DNA from: an uncultured Gemmatimonadales bacterium
GTDB taxonomy: Bacteria > Gemmatimonadota > Gemmatimonadetes > Longimicrobiales > RSA9
Length of the DNA stretch: 64,000 bases
Assembly (NCBI GenBank): GCA_963816355.1
Contig: CAWFKH010000001.1
Span: 352,001-416,000 of the forward strand
Direction of reading: 5' to 3'
A program made the translations under genes and the position numbers. Shown here one piece after another: positions 1 through 9,448 of the stretch (position 1 is its first letter; each line of letters begins with the position of its first letter). Under the pieces are notes generated by a model, which worked only from the letters and a program-made list of their open reading frames with translations, did not search any database and was not told the origin of the DNA.

Positions 1-524
1 GCGCTGCATCGGCTCGCCCACTCGGCGACGGAGCGAGCGGGCGCGGGGCCGTCGAGGGCGTGTGCAAGGATCGAAGCGACGATCGGGCCCGCCTCGCCCA
101 AGTGGGCGGCGATCGCGCATGCCACCCAGTACTGCCGCTCGAGGATCTCCCGGACGGCATCGCCGAGCCCGGTCATGGAAGTTTCATCCTCGGGTGCCGG
201 GAGGATGCGTGAATACCCGGCGGCGCCGAGCTCCTCCATCAGCGTTGCAGATCCGGGGAGCGTGGCGGTTCGGACGATCACTGCGGGCTGCATGGCGCGT
301 CGGCGCCATCTACGGAAATAGTCGATGTACCGCAGCGGGTCACGATCCAAGTGTGCTACGATGGCGGCGATCCGGCCTCCACGGGTCGCGAACTGAGCGC
401 CCGTTGCCGGCGCATCTCTCCACGTGGTTGCCTCAGGGATGAGGCCGGCCGCAAGGAGATGGGCGGACAGCTCCGCCCTCCACGCGCGGTCGTCGCTGTG
501 GATCCGCACGCACGCCATCGTCAC
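1..524 (-). CDS. Putative AraC-like transcriptional regulator, N-terminal part (runs off the left edge)
   Basis: Not in the ORF track. Open frame from GTG 524 / ATG 518 (GAGG RBS upstream) to the edge: MACVRIHSDDRAWRAELSAHLLAAG...ILAHALDGPAPARSVAEWASRCS. The last residues resemble the start of an AraC-type HTH. Confidence 0.5.
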   Translation of the reverse strand, partial: MTMACVRIHSDDRAWRAELSAHLLAAGLIPEATTWRDAPATGAQFATRGGRIAAIVAHLDRDPLRYIDYFRRWRRRAMQPAVIVRTATLPGSATLMEELGAAGYSRILPAPEDETSMTGLGDAVREILERQYWVACAIAAHLGEAGPIVASILAHALDGPAPARSVAEWASRCS

Positions 525-849
525 AACGTACCTCTTGAAAACGGTTAGACCAGTCGATTCCGGTCGCCGGAGCGCTCGCGCCACGCATTGTAGCGCGGAA
601 AAATCATCCAAAACTCATCTGAGAATTATTGACCCCGTAACATGTTGTGAGAAAGCGAGTTACAGGACGCCTCCGGCAGCATGTGCGCGGCGGCCGTGAT
701 GTGGAAAACTCGCCGGGGTCGGACGCGGGAGCGGTTGCGGGCAACCGCTCCGGGGAGGAGGAGGATGTCGGCCAGGGGTCGGTTCGTGCCGGCCCCCGTG
801 ACGCCGCCGATCAGAGCCTGAGCAGCGGCCGCGGCGCTGTCAGGTCGCT

Positions 850-1350
850 GGGTTTGCGCCGGGCGCCTCGCGCGGCGAGAGCGGCGAGCGCTGGGCTGGG
901 TCGGGAGGTTCGGGCGCGGTCGAAGTTGACCACGGATACGGGCACGGTCGTCGCGCGCAGCTTGCAGCGGTTCGTGGTCCGCTGGCGGATCACCATGACG
1001 GGCGCGGGTAACCCAGCGGCTCGACGCGCAGCAGGTGGTCGCCCGCGCGACGCCGCGGAAGAGGAAGGCGCCGTTCGCGCCGGTCGGTATCCCGCTCGAC
1101 GGGCCGGCGGAGTCGTGCCGGCGCCGAGGACGGCAGGGACATCGGCGAGGGGGCAGGTCCGTGCCCGCCTGGGTGATCCGGTCGGTCATGGCGTTGGGAG
1201 ATGCGGCGGTGTCGGTGCGCTGGGCGCGGACGTGGCCAGGCAGCGCCGCGATGAGAGGAATGCGACTACGGCCGAGATCACGACGGGCGCGGCGCGAATG
1301 ACCCGCAGGCTATGCGGCGCGCGCGCGACCCGGGAGGATCTAGGGCGGAT
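850..1350 (-). pseudogene. Degraded secreted protein with carboxypeptidase-regulatory-like (CarboxypepD_reg) domain
   Basis: Pieces in different frames: signal-like VISAVVAFL / IAALPGHVRAQ, then PTGANGAFLFRGV, then GDHLLRVEPLGY. Several frameshifts; boundaries approximate. Confidence 0.45.
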
Positions 1351-1466
1351 GTCGCGTGGCAGCCTCTCCCGCCGGGATCGCGTCCCTTCCATCGACGCGA
1401 GGCGCGGCCGTTCGCACGCCGTCGCTCGTCCCTATGTCCGCGTGAGCGGGTGACGCCCGGACGGGC

Positions 1467-4400
1467 TCAGCCGCCCGCGGGCGCCGGCCCCGGCACGATC
1501 TTCAGCGGCGGCAGGATCTCCAGCGGCGGCTGTCGTACGCGGTCGGGCAGCCTCGCCCACTGGTCGGCGACGAGGATCGCGTGTGCCGCCTCGATCGAAG
1601 CTTCGATAATCTCTCTCATGCCGGTGATCAGGGAGCGCGCCTCCCGGATCGCGTCACGCCGATCCGCGGAACCTGCCTCCAGAGCGCTCTGCACGACGGC
1701 GAGCGTGTCTGCGAGCGGCGAGATCCGGAGCTCGAAGCCGCGCGCGAGAATCAGCAGACGCTGGCGCTGCGCATCCGAGAGGTGGAGGCTGCGGGCAGAG
1801 TCCAGCGTGACCACCTGCGCCGGCACGTTCGGAATCGTGTGGGCCATCGCCCGCCTCAGCTCATCGGGCGAGCGCGCCCGTGTCATGGATCGTTGGACGA
1901 GGCGCTCGAGGGCCTGCCGGGCTGGATCCGCTCCGATGGCGAAGCGGCCCTCGAGGATCAGGGCGAAGGGGCGGGAGACGGATCCGGTGAGCGGTCGGCC
2001 GAAGTGTGGATTGACGGAGTAGACGAACGATCGATTCCGCCGATCGAAGCCGCGGATGCGCAGGAGCGTTGCGTCGGGTGCATCGCCCGAGCCGCCGATC
2101 CCGATCGACCGGTCCAACAGCGAGATGCCGTTCCGGGTGAAGAGGGAGATCCTGAGGCGACGATCGAGCGCGATGCGCCAGGGAGTGAGCGTGAGACGCA
2201 GGTCGAGTCCGGCGCTCCAGCGAGATCTGCAGGAGTTGCGGCGCGCGAGAGTGCCAATCTGTTGGAGGAGGCATCGTCGGACCGAAGAAGGAGCGGTCGA
2301 AAGCAAGGATCGCATCTCGTGCGCGAGTTGCGAGTCCGTCGCGGGGTTGAAGACGAAGGCAGGATCGTTGTCCACTCCGTCGCCGTTGGCGTCGCCGTCC
2401 ACGACCGGTGAGAAGGGTGCTCCTGAAGCCGCCTGGGCGAGGATTCCCACGGTCACGCCGCCCGGCAGCCGGCCAGAGACCCGGAGCTGCAGCTGATGCC
2501 GCCGTTCGAGATCGCTCGTTCCCCGGTCGGCGAGTGTCGCACGTCCGGCGAAGGCGGCGCTGCCGCCGGGCGCGGACAGCGTCCCTGCCTGGTCCACGGC
2601 ACGCTCATAGGTGTAGGAGGCGCTTGCAAAGAAGGGCTGAAAATCGAACGTGGCCGTCGCAGTGAGCTGAGCGACGGACGACGTTCCGTCCGAGCGCAGC
2701 TCGCGTACGATCCCCGTTCCCGGGAGCGAACGCGAAGCCGTGAGCGCCACGCCACCCGAAGCCGAGTCGATGGCGCTGGCCGGGACGAAGACCGGTCGAC
2801 CCGCCTCCGCCTCCAGCTCGAATTCGGGCGTGGAGCGCAGATTCGCGTCCGACGCCAGTGGCAGATGAGTTCCATGGAGGAAGGTCGCGTCCAGCCATGC
2901 TCCACCATGAGTGCCCAACAGGGCGGCCGGAGCCGGCGGCGCGATCGTGATCGCCACGCGCCAGTTGCGCGGGGGCGTGAAGCCCGGTGAAACGACGTTG
3001 ACATCGGCGAGCCGGCTGGTGAGAGAACCGGCGTCCCCCGGGCAGGCGTCCGGTGCTGACGCCGGGTCATGCACGTAAAGGTCCCACGTCGGCACCGGTG
3101 CGGCGGGTCCGACGCAGATCAATCGCTCGCCCCCGCCCGCGACCGCGTTCGCGAGCGCCACCGGATCGGGGCTGCCGACGAACTCACCGATGCCGCCGCG
3201 GAACGACCACGTTCCGAGCGCCAGCCGCCCACCCACTCTCGGGCTGAGATTCCAGCGACTGCCGGATCTGCCCGCCGTGGCCGTGGACGGGAGCGCCGGC
3301 GGCAGGTCGGCGGGGCTCCAGCGGCTACGTTCCGCTCGTACACCGTAGGTGACCGCAGCCGCTTGCCCGCTCCACGTCTCCCCCAGGAAGATCGCGCCGT
3401 ACGAGGTGCTTCCCTCACCGCTGGATGCGTCGAATGAACGCGCATACAGGGATGGTCTGCCCGCGGCGACGTCGTCCAGGTTCGCGAACGAGAAGGCGCC
3501 CAGCGGGTTCGCGGCCGATGAGGATCGGGCGTGGCCGAAATCCGCCTCCGCACCGGCGACGATCTCGTGGCGCGTGGAGATCGCGACCTTCAGCAGGTCC
3601 GACAGCTCCACGAGCGAGGTCGAGGCGCGCGACTCGAAGCCGCCGGCGCCGAACCGGACCGCGATGCTCCGCCCGAGCCCGGGATCGGCGACGAGGACGT
3701 CGCCAGTGACTCCCGGCTCTTCCGGCAATGTCCTATCCGAGCTCCACGTCGCGAAGGCTCGAGCCTCGTTGCGGGTTCGGGAGAAACGCGACATCACCGA
3801 CGCAAACACGCCCGCTCCTCGCTGGACCACGTCCAGCGCACTCGTCCGGCTGGCGGTCGGCCCCAGCCCGAGGCCGCCCAGGCGCACGTCGCGGCCGTCG
3901 AGCCGCAACGTCAGGGAGTGGTGTCGCGCGAAGTCGTAGTCGAGGCGAAGGAGGCCCGATGCCGCGTCGGAGCGGCTGTCGTCGACGCCCACGTGGGTCG
4001 GCGACGCACCGAAGTCCTGCAGGAGACCGAGCAGGCGGGCAGCGGCTGTCGGCGGCAGCCCGGCTGCCGACTGTGCCGCCGGCGGCGCGGTCTCGAGCGA
4101 GAAGGCGGGCGAGCTGCGCCGCGATAGGCTCGAGGCCGCATACCAGAACAGGCGCCCCCGCACCAGAGCGCCTCCGGCGCCGGCGGTGAGATAACCGAAC
4201 GTTGATTCCGGACGCTGCGCGGCCGTAGCTGACTGCAGCCAGGGCGCGGTCATGCGGGCTCGAACCGCCGCGCCGAACAGGTCCGTTCCGGAGAGCGTGT
4301 GGGCCTCGACCTGACCGCCGGAAAAAGCCCCGCGCGATACGTCGAACGTGTTGCTCACGACCGTCACGCTCGCCAGCGCTTCGGGTGGCAACGAGGTCGC

Positions 4401-5054
4401 TCCGTACACCGACCCGTCGAGCGCGAAACGGTTCTGAGACGGGTCCTGCGCCAGAAAGGATGGCCCCGCTCCCGTGAGTTGAACGCCGCTTTGAAGTGCT
4501 GAAAGCGCCGTGAGATCACCGGCCTCGATCGGATCGGATTCGGCGAACCAGGAGAGGCGCGTCTCCTCGCGACCGCCGGGCGTCCGCCGCATCGGCTCCT
4601 CGCGGTTCTGCCGCCTCGTCTCCACGACCACGCCCGAGATCTCGATCGCGCGCGGCTGCAACAGGATGTCGGAGACGCTGTGCACGCCCCCGGCGAGCCG
4701 CACGCTCCGGGTGAGGTAGCCGATGCGCTCGACGCGCACGACCCACGGCCCACCGCCTGCCAGCGTGGCGACGTACCTCCCGTCCGCATCCGTGATCGCG
4801 TGAGAGACGGCGGCCGCCGCAGCGGCGGTATCAGGAGAGGTGAACAGGACGTATGCGCCGGCTACGCCCTCGCCCGACTCGCGATCCAGCACGCGGCCCG
4901 AAACCGGCGGCGACTGCAGCGCGGTCTGGGGGCGGGCGGAAGCAGGTACGGTGGGGAGCAGGACGAGGGCGAGGGGGAGCGCGAGGTCGAACCAGGGCGC
5001 CACGCCACGCGCGCCTCGACGCGGTCCGTGCCTGGCGTGCGGGACCATTTGCAT
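1467..5054 (-). CDS. TonB-dependent receptor-like (Oar-like) outer membrane protein with N-terminal CarboxypepD_reg domain
   Basis: 1195 aa; signal peptide; VSGRVLDRESGEGVAGAYV...TDADGRY...VERIGY; plug-like FDVSRGAFSGGQV; LSPRVG; GDANGDGVDND motif typical of Oar-like receptors; helical C-terminal extension. Confidence 0.8.
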   Translation of the reverse strand: MQMVPHARHGPRRGARGVAPWFDLALPLALVLLPTVPASARPQTALQSPPVSGRVLDRESGEGVAGAYVLFTSPDTAAAAAAVSHAITDADGRYVATLAGGGPWVVRVERIGYLTRSVRLAGGVHSVSDILLQPRAIEISGVVVETRRQNREEPMRRTPGGREETRLSWFAESDPIEAGDLTALSALQSGVQLTGAGPSFLAQDPSQNRFALDGSVYGATSLPPEALASVTVVSNTFDVSRGAFSGGQVEAHTLSGTDLFGAAVRARMTAPWLQSATAAQRPESTFGYLTAGAGGALVRGRLFWYAASSLSRRSSPAFSLETAPPAAQSAAGLPPTAAARLLGLLQDFGASPTHVGVDDSRSDAASGLLRLDYDFARHHSLTLRLDGRDVRLGGLGLGPTASRTSALDVVQRGAGVFASVMSRFSRTRNEARAFATWSSDRTLPEEPGVTGDVLVADPGLGRSIAVRFGAGGFESRASTSLVELSDLLKVAISTRHEIVAGAEADFGHARSSSAANPLGAFSFANLDDVAAGRPSLYARSFDASSGEGSTSYGAIFLGETWSGQAAAVTYGVRAERSRWSPADLPPALPSTATAGRSGSRWNLSPRVGGRLALGTWSFRGGIGEFVGSPDPVALANAVAGGGERLICVGPAAPVPTWDLYVHDPASAPDACPGDAGSLTSRLADVNVVSPGFTPPRNWRVAITIAPPAPAALLGTHGGAWLDATFLHGTHLPLASDANLRSTPEFELEAEAGRPVFVPASAIDSASGGVALTASRSLPGTGIVRELRSDGTSSVAQLTATATFDFQPFFASASYTYERAVDQAGTLSAPGGSAAFAGRATLADRGTSDLERRHQLQLRVSGRLPGGVTVGILAQAASGAPFSPVVDGDANGDGVDNDPAFVFNPATDSQLAHEMRSLLSTAPSSVRRCLLQQIGTLARRNSCRSRWSAGLDLRLTLTPWRIALDRRLRISLFTRNGISLLDRSIGIGGSGDAPDATLLRIRGFDRRNRSFVYSVNPHFGRPLTGSVSRPFALILEGRFAIGADPARQALERLVQRSMTRARSPDELRRAMAHTIPNVPAQVVTLDSARSLHLSDAQRQRLLILARGFELRISPLADTLAVVQSALEAGSADRRDAIREARSLITGMREIIEASIEAAHAILVADQWARLPDRVRQPPLEILPPLKIVPGPAPAGG

Positions 5055-5509
5055 CAGCGCGCCGGCGGCTTCCCTTCACCGGCGTAGAAGTAGACGAGCT
5101 CCCGCACCGTGCCGTGTGCGACGCGGATGACGTGACGCGTACCTGCGGAGTCCGCCGGGAAGAGGGCCGCGTTGCGGCCGTCCCGGCCGTCCACCGCGAG
5201 AATGGTGTCACCCACGACGAGCCCCACGCGTGCCGCCGGGGAATCCGCCTTCACGCCGGTAATGTACGGGTAGGTGTACTCGTTGTGCGGCCCGGGGTTC
5301 ATGGTAAGCGTAAATCCATAGCCAGGACCGCTTACCAGCGGCGAAAGGTGGCGCGGGACGACCACACGAGGAGGTGCATGTTCGCCGGCCGGGGATCCGG
5401 CCTGCGCTGTTGCTGGGCCCGTAAACAAAAAGGTGAGCGCCGCCGTCATCGCGACCGTCAAGCGAAGAGGCATTGCGAGCACACCTGAATGTCCATCCAG
5501 CGAAGCCAT
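5054..5509 (-). CDS. Secreted PDZ-domain protein
   Basis: ATG 5509 with GAGAGGG RBS; signal peptide ending ATAQ; GYGFTL...ITGVKADSPAARVGLVVGDTILAVDG is a PDZ signature; stop overlaps the receptor start. Confidence 0.75.
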   Translation of the reverse strand: MASLDGHSGVLAMPLRLTVAMTAALTFLFTGPATAQAGSPAGEHAPPRVVVPRHLSPLVSGPGYGFTLTMNPGPHNEYTYPYITGVKADSPAARVGLVVGDTILAVDGRDGRNAALFPADSAGTRHVIRVAHGTVRELVYFYAGEGKPPAR

Positions 5510-5658
5510 GTCGCCCTCTCGAACGCCTCGAAAGCCTTGAACGTTTCGCACCGTCATAGACGATGGAGGTGCGAACGACGATAAATTACAGATCATGGCG
5601 CCTCGCCCGAGAAACAACATCATCTTGGTGGAACCTGCGCCGCCCCCGCTATTCACTA

Positions 5659-5898
5659 CTATCCGTTACAGACAATCTGCAGCATTGTCACAGTTCCATC
5701 AGCGTTACAGCGATACGTCGGAGTTCCACTTTCTGCTCCTCGGTCTACGCATACGCCATCTGCAAATCCCTGCGCGTATGCATCCTGTTCCGCGGTGCAC
5801 GTTGCAAGTGCTTCAGCGACCGGGGGGCGAATGAACAACCCGCCCCCGAGTGCGACAGAGGCAAGCGCGGACAGACGCAGCATCGAACGGTGTAGCAT
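5659..5898 (-). CDS. Small secreted Cys-rich peptide (79 aa)
   Basis: Strong AAGGAGG RBS; signal peptide ending AEA; mature part has 4 Cys (CTAEQ, CVD, CNADG, CNG). Confidence 0.7.
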   Translation of the reverse strand: MLHRSMLRLSALASVALGGGLFIRPPVAEALATCTAEQDAYAQGFADGVCVDRGAESGTPTYRCNADGTVTMLQIVCNG

Positions 5899-6139
5899 AG
5901 GGCCTCCTTGAGGCTAAAGGTAACGGGGGACTGTGGCACTTGGCGATTGGGGGCGGCGCTTGCTGGTTCCCTGCGCAGGGCCGAACGCCGCTACACAAAT
6001 AGATCACGTGACCAGGGGTGTGACTACACAGGGAACGGCACATCCTACGTCGGAATTGGCGCAGTCCACGGCGTTGTCCATCCCGGCGGCCGCACCGCCA
6101 CGTCGCCCGTCCCCGCAATAGGGCCGAGAGGAAATCTTG

Positions 6140-6580
6140 CGAGGCTTGCCCGCGGCGAGATCGGCCAGGCTCGCGAACGAATAGGTGCCGAATGGGTTGC
6201 CGAACGAGGACGATCGCGCGTGGCCGAGGTCCAGCTCCGCACCGGCCCGAGCTCGTGGCGGGCGGAAACCGCGACCTTCAGCAAGTCCGACATCTCGGCG
6301 AGGGGGGTCGACGCGCGGGAGCTTGCCGCGCCAGCGCCGAGGCGGACGGGGACGATGCGGCCGCCGCCGGGACTCCCGGCGACGAGGACATCGCCCGCGA
6401 CTCCAAACCGTTCCGGCAATGTGCGATTGGAGCTCCACGCCGCGTACGCACGGATCTCGTTCCCGGCCCGGGAGAAGCGTGACATCACCGATGCGAACGC
6501 GCCGGCTTCCCGCTGGACCACGTCGAAGGCGCTTGCCCCCGTCGGCAGCGGCCCTAGGTTGCCCAGGCGCAGGTCCCGGC
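6140..6580 (-). pseudogene. Frameshifted internal fragment of a paralog of the TonB-dependent receptor
   Basis: Aligns to ~3450-3890 (DVVQREAGAFASVMSRFSR vs DVVQRGAGVFASVMSRFSR; NPFGTYSFASLADLAAGKP vs NPLGAFSFANLDDVAAGRP); frameshift near 6246. Confidence 0.8.
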
Positions 6581-6958
6581 TCGGGCGCGCAGCCACGAGG
6601 AATCGCCGCCGTCTCGCGCATTGCCGATCCTGACGCGGAAAACTCACTCGACTCTCATCTGACGCTTATCGGTCGCCGCAACGCGTTGTGAGGCAACGCA
6701 TTACGAGGTCGTTCGGAAACGGCCGCGCCGGTCCTCGGCTTGCGCCGACCCGCTTCCGTTTCCACCTTCTATCGGTGGGCGCGCCGCGCCTCTGCACTCC
6801 ACGAGATCCCCGGATCCGACCGATGCCCGCGCCGACGCGCCTCCGCGCCCAACGCCCGTCCTCCACTCGAGCTGCCCCGCCCTGCCCGCCCGCCGTCCTT
6901 CGCGGCACGGCGCCGTGAGGATGGATCGCGCCCGCGCGAAAGCCGCGGGAGGCGACGC

Positions 6959-8439
6959 GTGAACCGCCGCCTCCTCGTCGCCGGCGCGCTCACCGCTCTC
7001 GTCCTCGCCGCGGCCGTGCGGCCGCTGCCGCCGCTCGTCGACGCCGCCACCGGCGCCGCCGCCAGCGGCGTGACGCTCGGCCTGCCGCTCGGCTACCTGC
7101 TGAGCGCGCCGTTCTCCAACGTGCTCGACGCGCTGGCGCTGCTCTCCGTGGGGCAGCACATCGCGGTGATCGCGACGCTCTTCGCCGTCTTCGTGCTGTG
7201 GCGCGTCGCGCGCGCGCTCGACCGCGCGCGGGTCCGGGCGCGGCGGGCGCCGGCGCCGCCGGAGCGCGCTCCGGCCGCTTTCGCGTCGCCGGCCGCGGCC
7301 CCCGCGGTCCGGTCCTCCGCCCCGCCCGCGCACTCCGGCGCGGCCACCGCCGCCGCCGGCCTCGCGTCCGCCGCGCCGCCGTCGCCCGCCGCGCCGCCGT
7401 CGCCCGCCGATCCGCCGCGCGCATCCGGCCGCGGCCGCGCGGCGCTCTACGCCGGCGTGCGGGAGACGGCGGCGCTGCTCTCCTTCCTGATCGCGCTCTT
7501 CCTGCTCTACGTGGCGGCGACGCTGCTGCCGCGGCCGGTGCCGCGGCTGGAGGCGCGCGACGCGCAGGAGGTGCGCGTCGACTTCCACAGCCACACGGCC
7601 TTCTCGCACGACGGCTGGCGGCCGCCCGCGTGGAACCGCGCCTGGCACGTGGGCGCCGGCTTCGACGCCGGCTACGTATCGGACCACGGCACGTGGGCGG
7701 GGTGGGAGGCGGAGGCGGTGGGGAACCCGGCGCGCGCGGGCGACGGCTTCGTCGCGCTGCCGGGGATCGAGCTGATCTTCGCGAACCGCCACGCGATCGC
7801 GCTGGGCGCGGCCGGAGCGATACCGGCGCGCGAAGGTGGAGGGCGGACCTGGACGCGGATTCCCTCGCCGCGCTCGTGAAAGCCGCGCGGCCGGCGAACG
7901 GCGCGCCGGCGCCGAAGCCGACGCTGGTGCTGACGATCCCGGGGGGCCTCGAGCCGTTCCCGACGGCGACGGCCGCGGCGCCGATCGGCTTCTCCGCGAT
8001 CGAGATCGCCGACGCCGCGCCGCGCGGGATCGGGCAGGAGCTGCGCGATCGGGGCCATATCGTGGCGCTCGCGGACAGCCTCGACCTGGCGCTCGTCGCG
8101 TCGTCGAACAACCACGGCTGGGGACAGGCGGCCGCCGCGTGGACGCTGGTGCGCGTGCCTGGCTGGCGCGCGCTGCCGCCGGACAGCCTCGGGCGCCGCA
8201 TCGAGGCGCGCATCCACGAGGAGGGCCGCCGCGCGACGCGCGTGATCGAGCGGCCGCTCGTGCCGACGCACGGCTCCGCGGCGGCGCTGGCGCTCACCGT
8301 GCCAGTCGCCGCCTGGCGTACGCTCGCCGCCGACTCCGCCGCCGAGCGCGTCGCATGGATCCTGTGGATATGGGTGGGGTTCCTGCTCACGGAGCGCGTC
8401 TCCCGCGGCGCGCACCGCGGCGCGCGCTACGCGGCGTGA
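6959..8439 (+). pseudogene. Membrane-anchored PHP-domain (metal-dependent phosphoesterase) protein, frameshifted near 7810-7835
   Basis: GTG 6959 with GGGAGG; TM helices; DFHSHTAFSHDG, VSDH and PGIE in one frame; AIEIAD and SSNNHG plus a C-terminal TM helix in another frame. Confidence 0.7.
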
Positions 8440-8473
8440 GGCGGCGTCGGAGCGGGGTGCGGCGGCAGAGCCC

Positions 8474-9232
8474 TCACAGCGCCATGCGGTTCATGAAGGC
8501 GCGCTCGTCGGCGGTCACCGAGTCGATGCCGAAGACGTCGATCTTGCGCAGCACCCGCTCGAACTCCTGGCGGTTCAGCTCGTGCAGCCGGCTGAGGTCC
8601 ATCGAGCGCCACCGCTTCTCCTCGCGTTGCAGGCGGCCGGACACGCGCTCGAGCGGGGTCGCGGCAGGGCGCCGCTTGCCGCGCCCCTCGCGCCGCTCCC
8701 GCCATTTGAGGAAGACGAAGCCGGTCGCGAAGCCGCCGAGGTGCGCGAAGTGCGCCACGCCGGCCTCCGCGCCGGTGACGCCGCTGAAGAGGGAGAGGGC
8801 GACCATGATCCCGACGAGCCACTTCGCCTTGATCGGCAGGATCGCCCAGATGTAGATCGGCGCGTCCGGCCAGTACATCGCGAAGCCGAGCATGACGCCG
8901 AAGACGGCGGCGGAGGCGCCGACGACGGCGGCGCCCGGCGCGAAGAGGAAGCTGCCGGCCGCGCCGCCGAGGCCGCTCAGCATGTAGAGCCAGAGGAAAT
9001 CGCGGCCGCCCAGACGCGCCTCGACCTGCGGTCCGAAGAAGTAGAGCGCGATCATGTTGAAGAGGATGTGCAGCAGGCCGGCGTGCAGGAACATGTAGGT
9101 GACGACCGTCCACGGCCGCTGCGCGACGAGCGCCGGGACCAGCATCATCGCGCGATACAGGTCCGGCGACAGGTACGTCACCAGGTACATCGCCGCGTTC
9201 GCGACGATCAGCCTCATCACCCACGGCGTCAT
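8474..9232 (-). CDS. Rhomboid family intramembrane serine protease
   Basis: YMFLHAGLLHILFNM, catalytic GASA and AHFAHLGG; C-terminal LRKIDVFGIDSVTADER tail. Confidence 0.93.
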   Translation of the reverse strand: MTPWVMRLIVANAAMYLVTYLSPDLYRAMMLVPALVAQRPWTVVTYMFLHAGLLHILFNMIALYFFGPQVEARLGGRDFLWLYMLSGLGGAAGSFLFAPGAAVVGASAAVFGVMLGFAMYWPDAPIYIWAILPIKAKWLVGIMVALSLFSGVTGAEAGVAHFAHLGGFATGFVFLKWRERREGRGKRRPAATPLERVSGRLQREEKRWRSMDLSRLHELNRQEFERVLRKIDVFGIDSVTADERAFMNRMAL

Positions 9233-9448
9233 CTGCGCCACTCCCCATGCGCCCTGGTCCGTTCCGCCTCGCGGGCGGCGAGTTCGCAATGTCCCACGCC
9301 GCCGCCGCCGCGGCAAGCGCCGCGCCGCGCCCCGGCGAAATCGCGGCTTCGCCGCCGCGCGGGGCAACGATGCCGCGCGGCGCGGGATCACACGGAAGGT
9401 ACGCCCGCGTCGGAGCCGGCGCGGCGTCGACTCCAGCCCCGCGGAGCG

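Noticed and set aside
5510..5656. N-terminal extension of the PDZ ORF given in the ORF track
   Set aside because: The RBS and signal peptide support a start at 5509 or slightly later; the extension looks intergenic.
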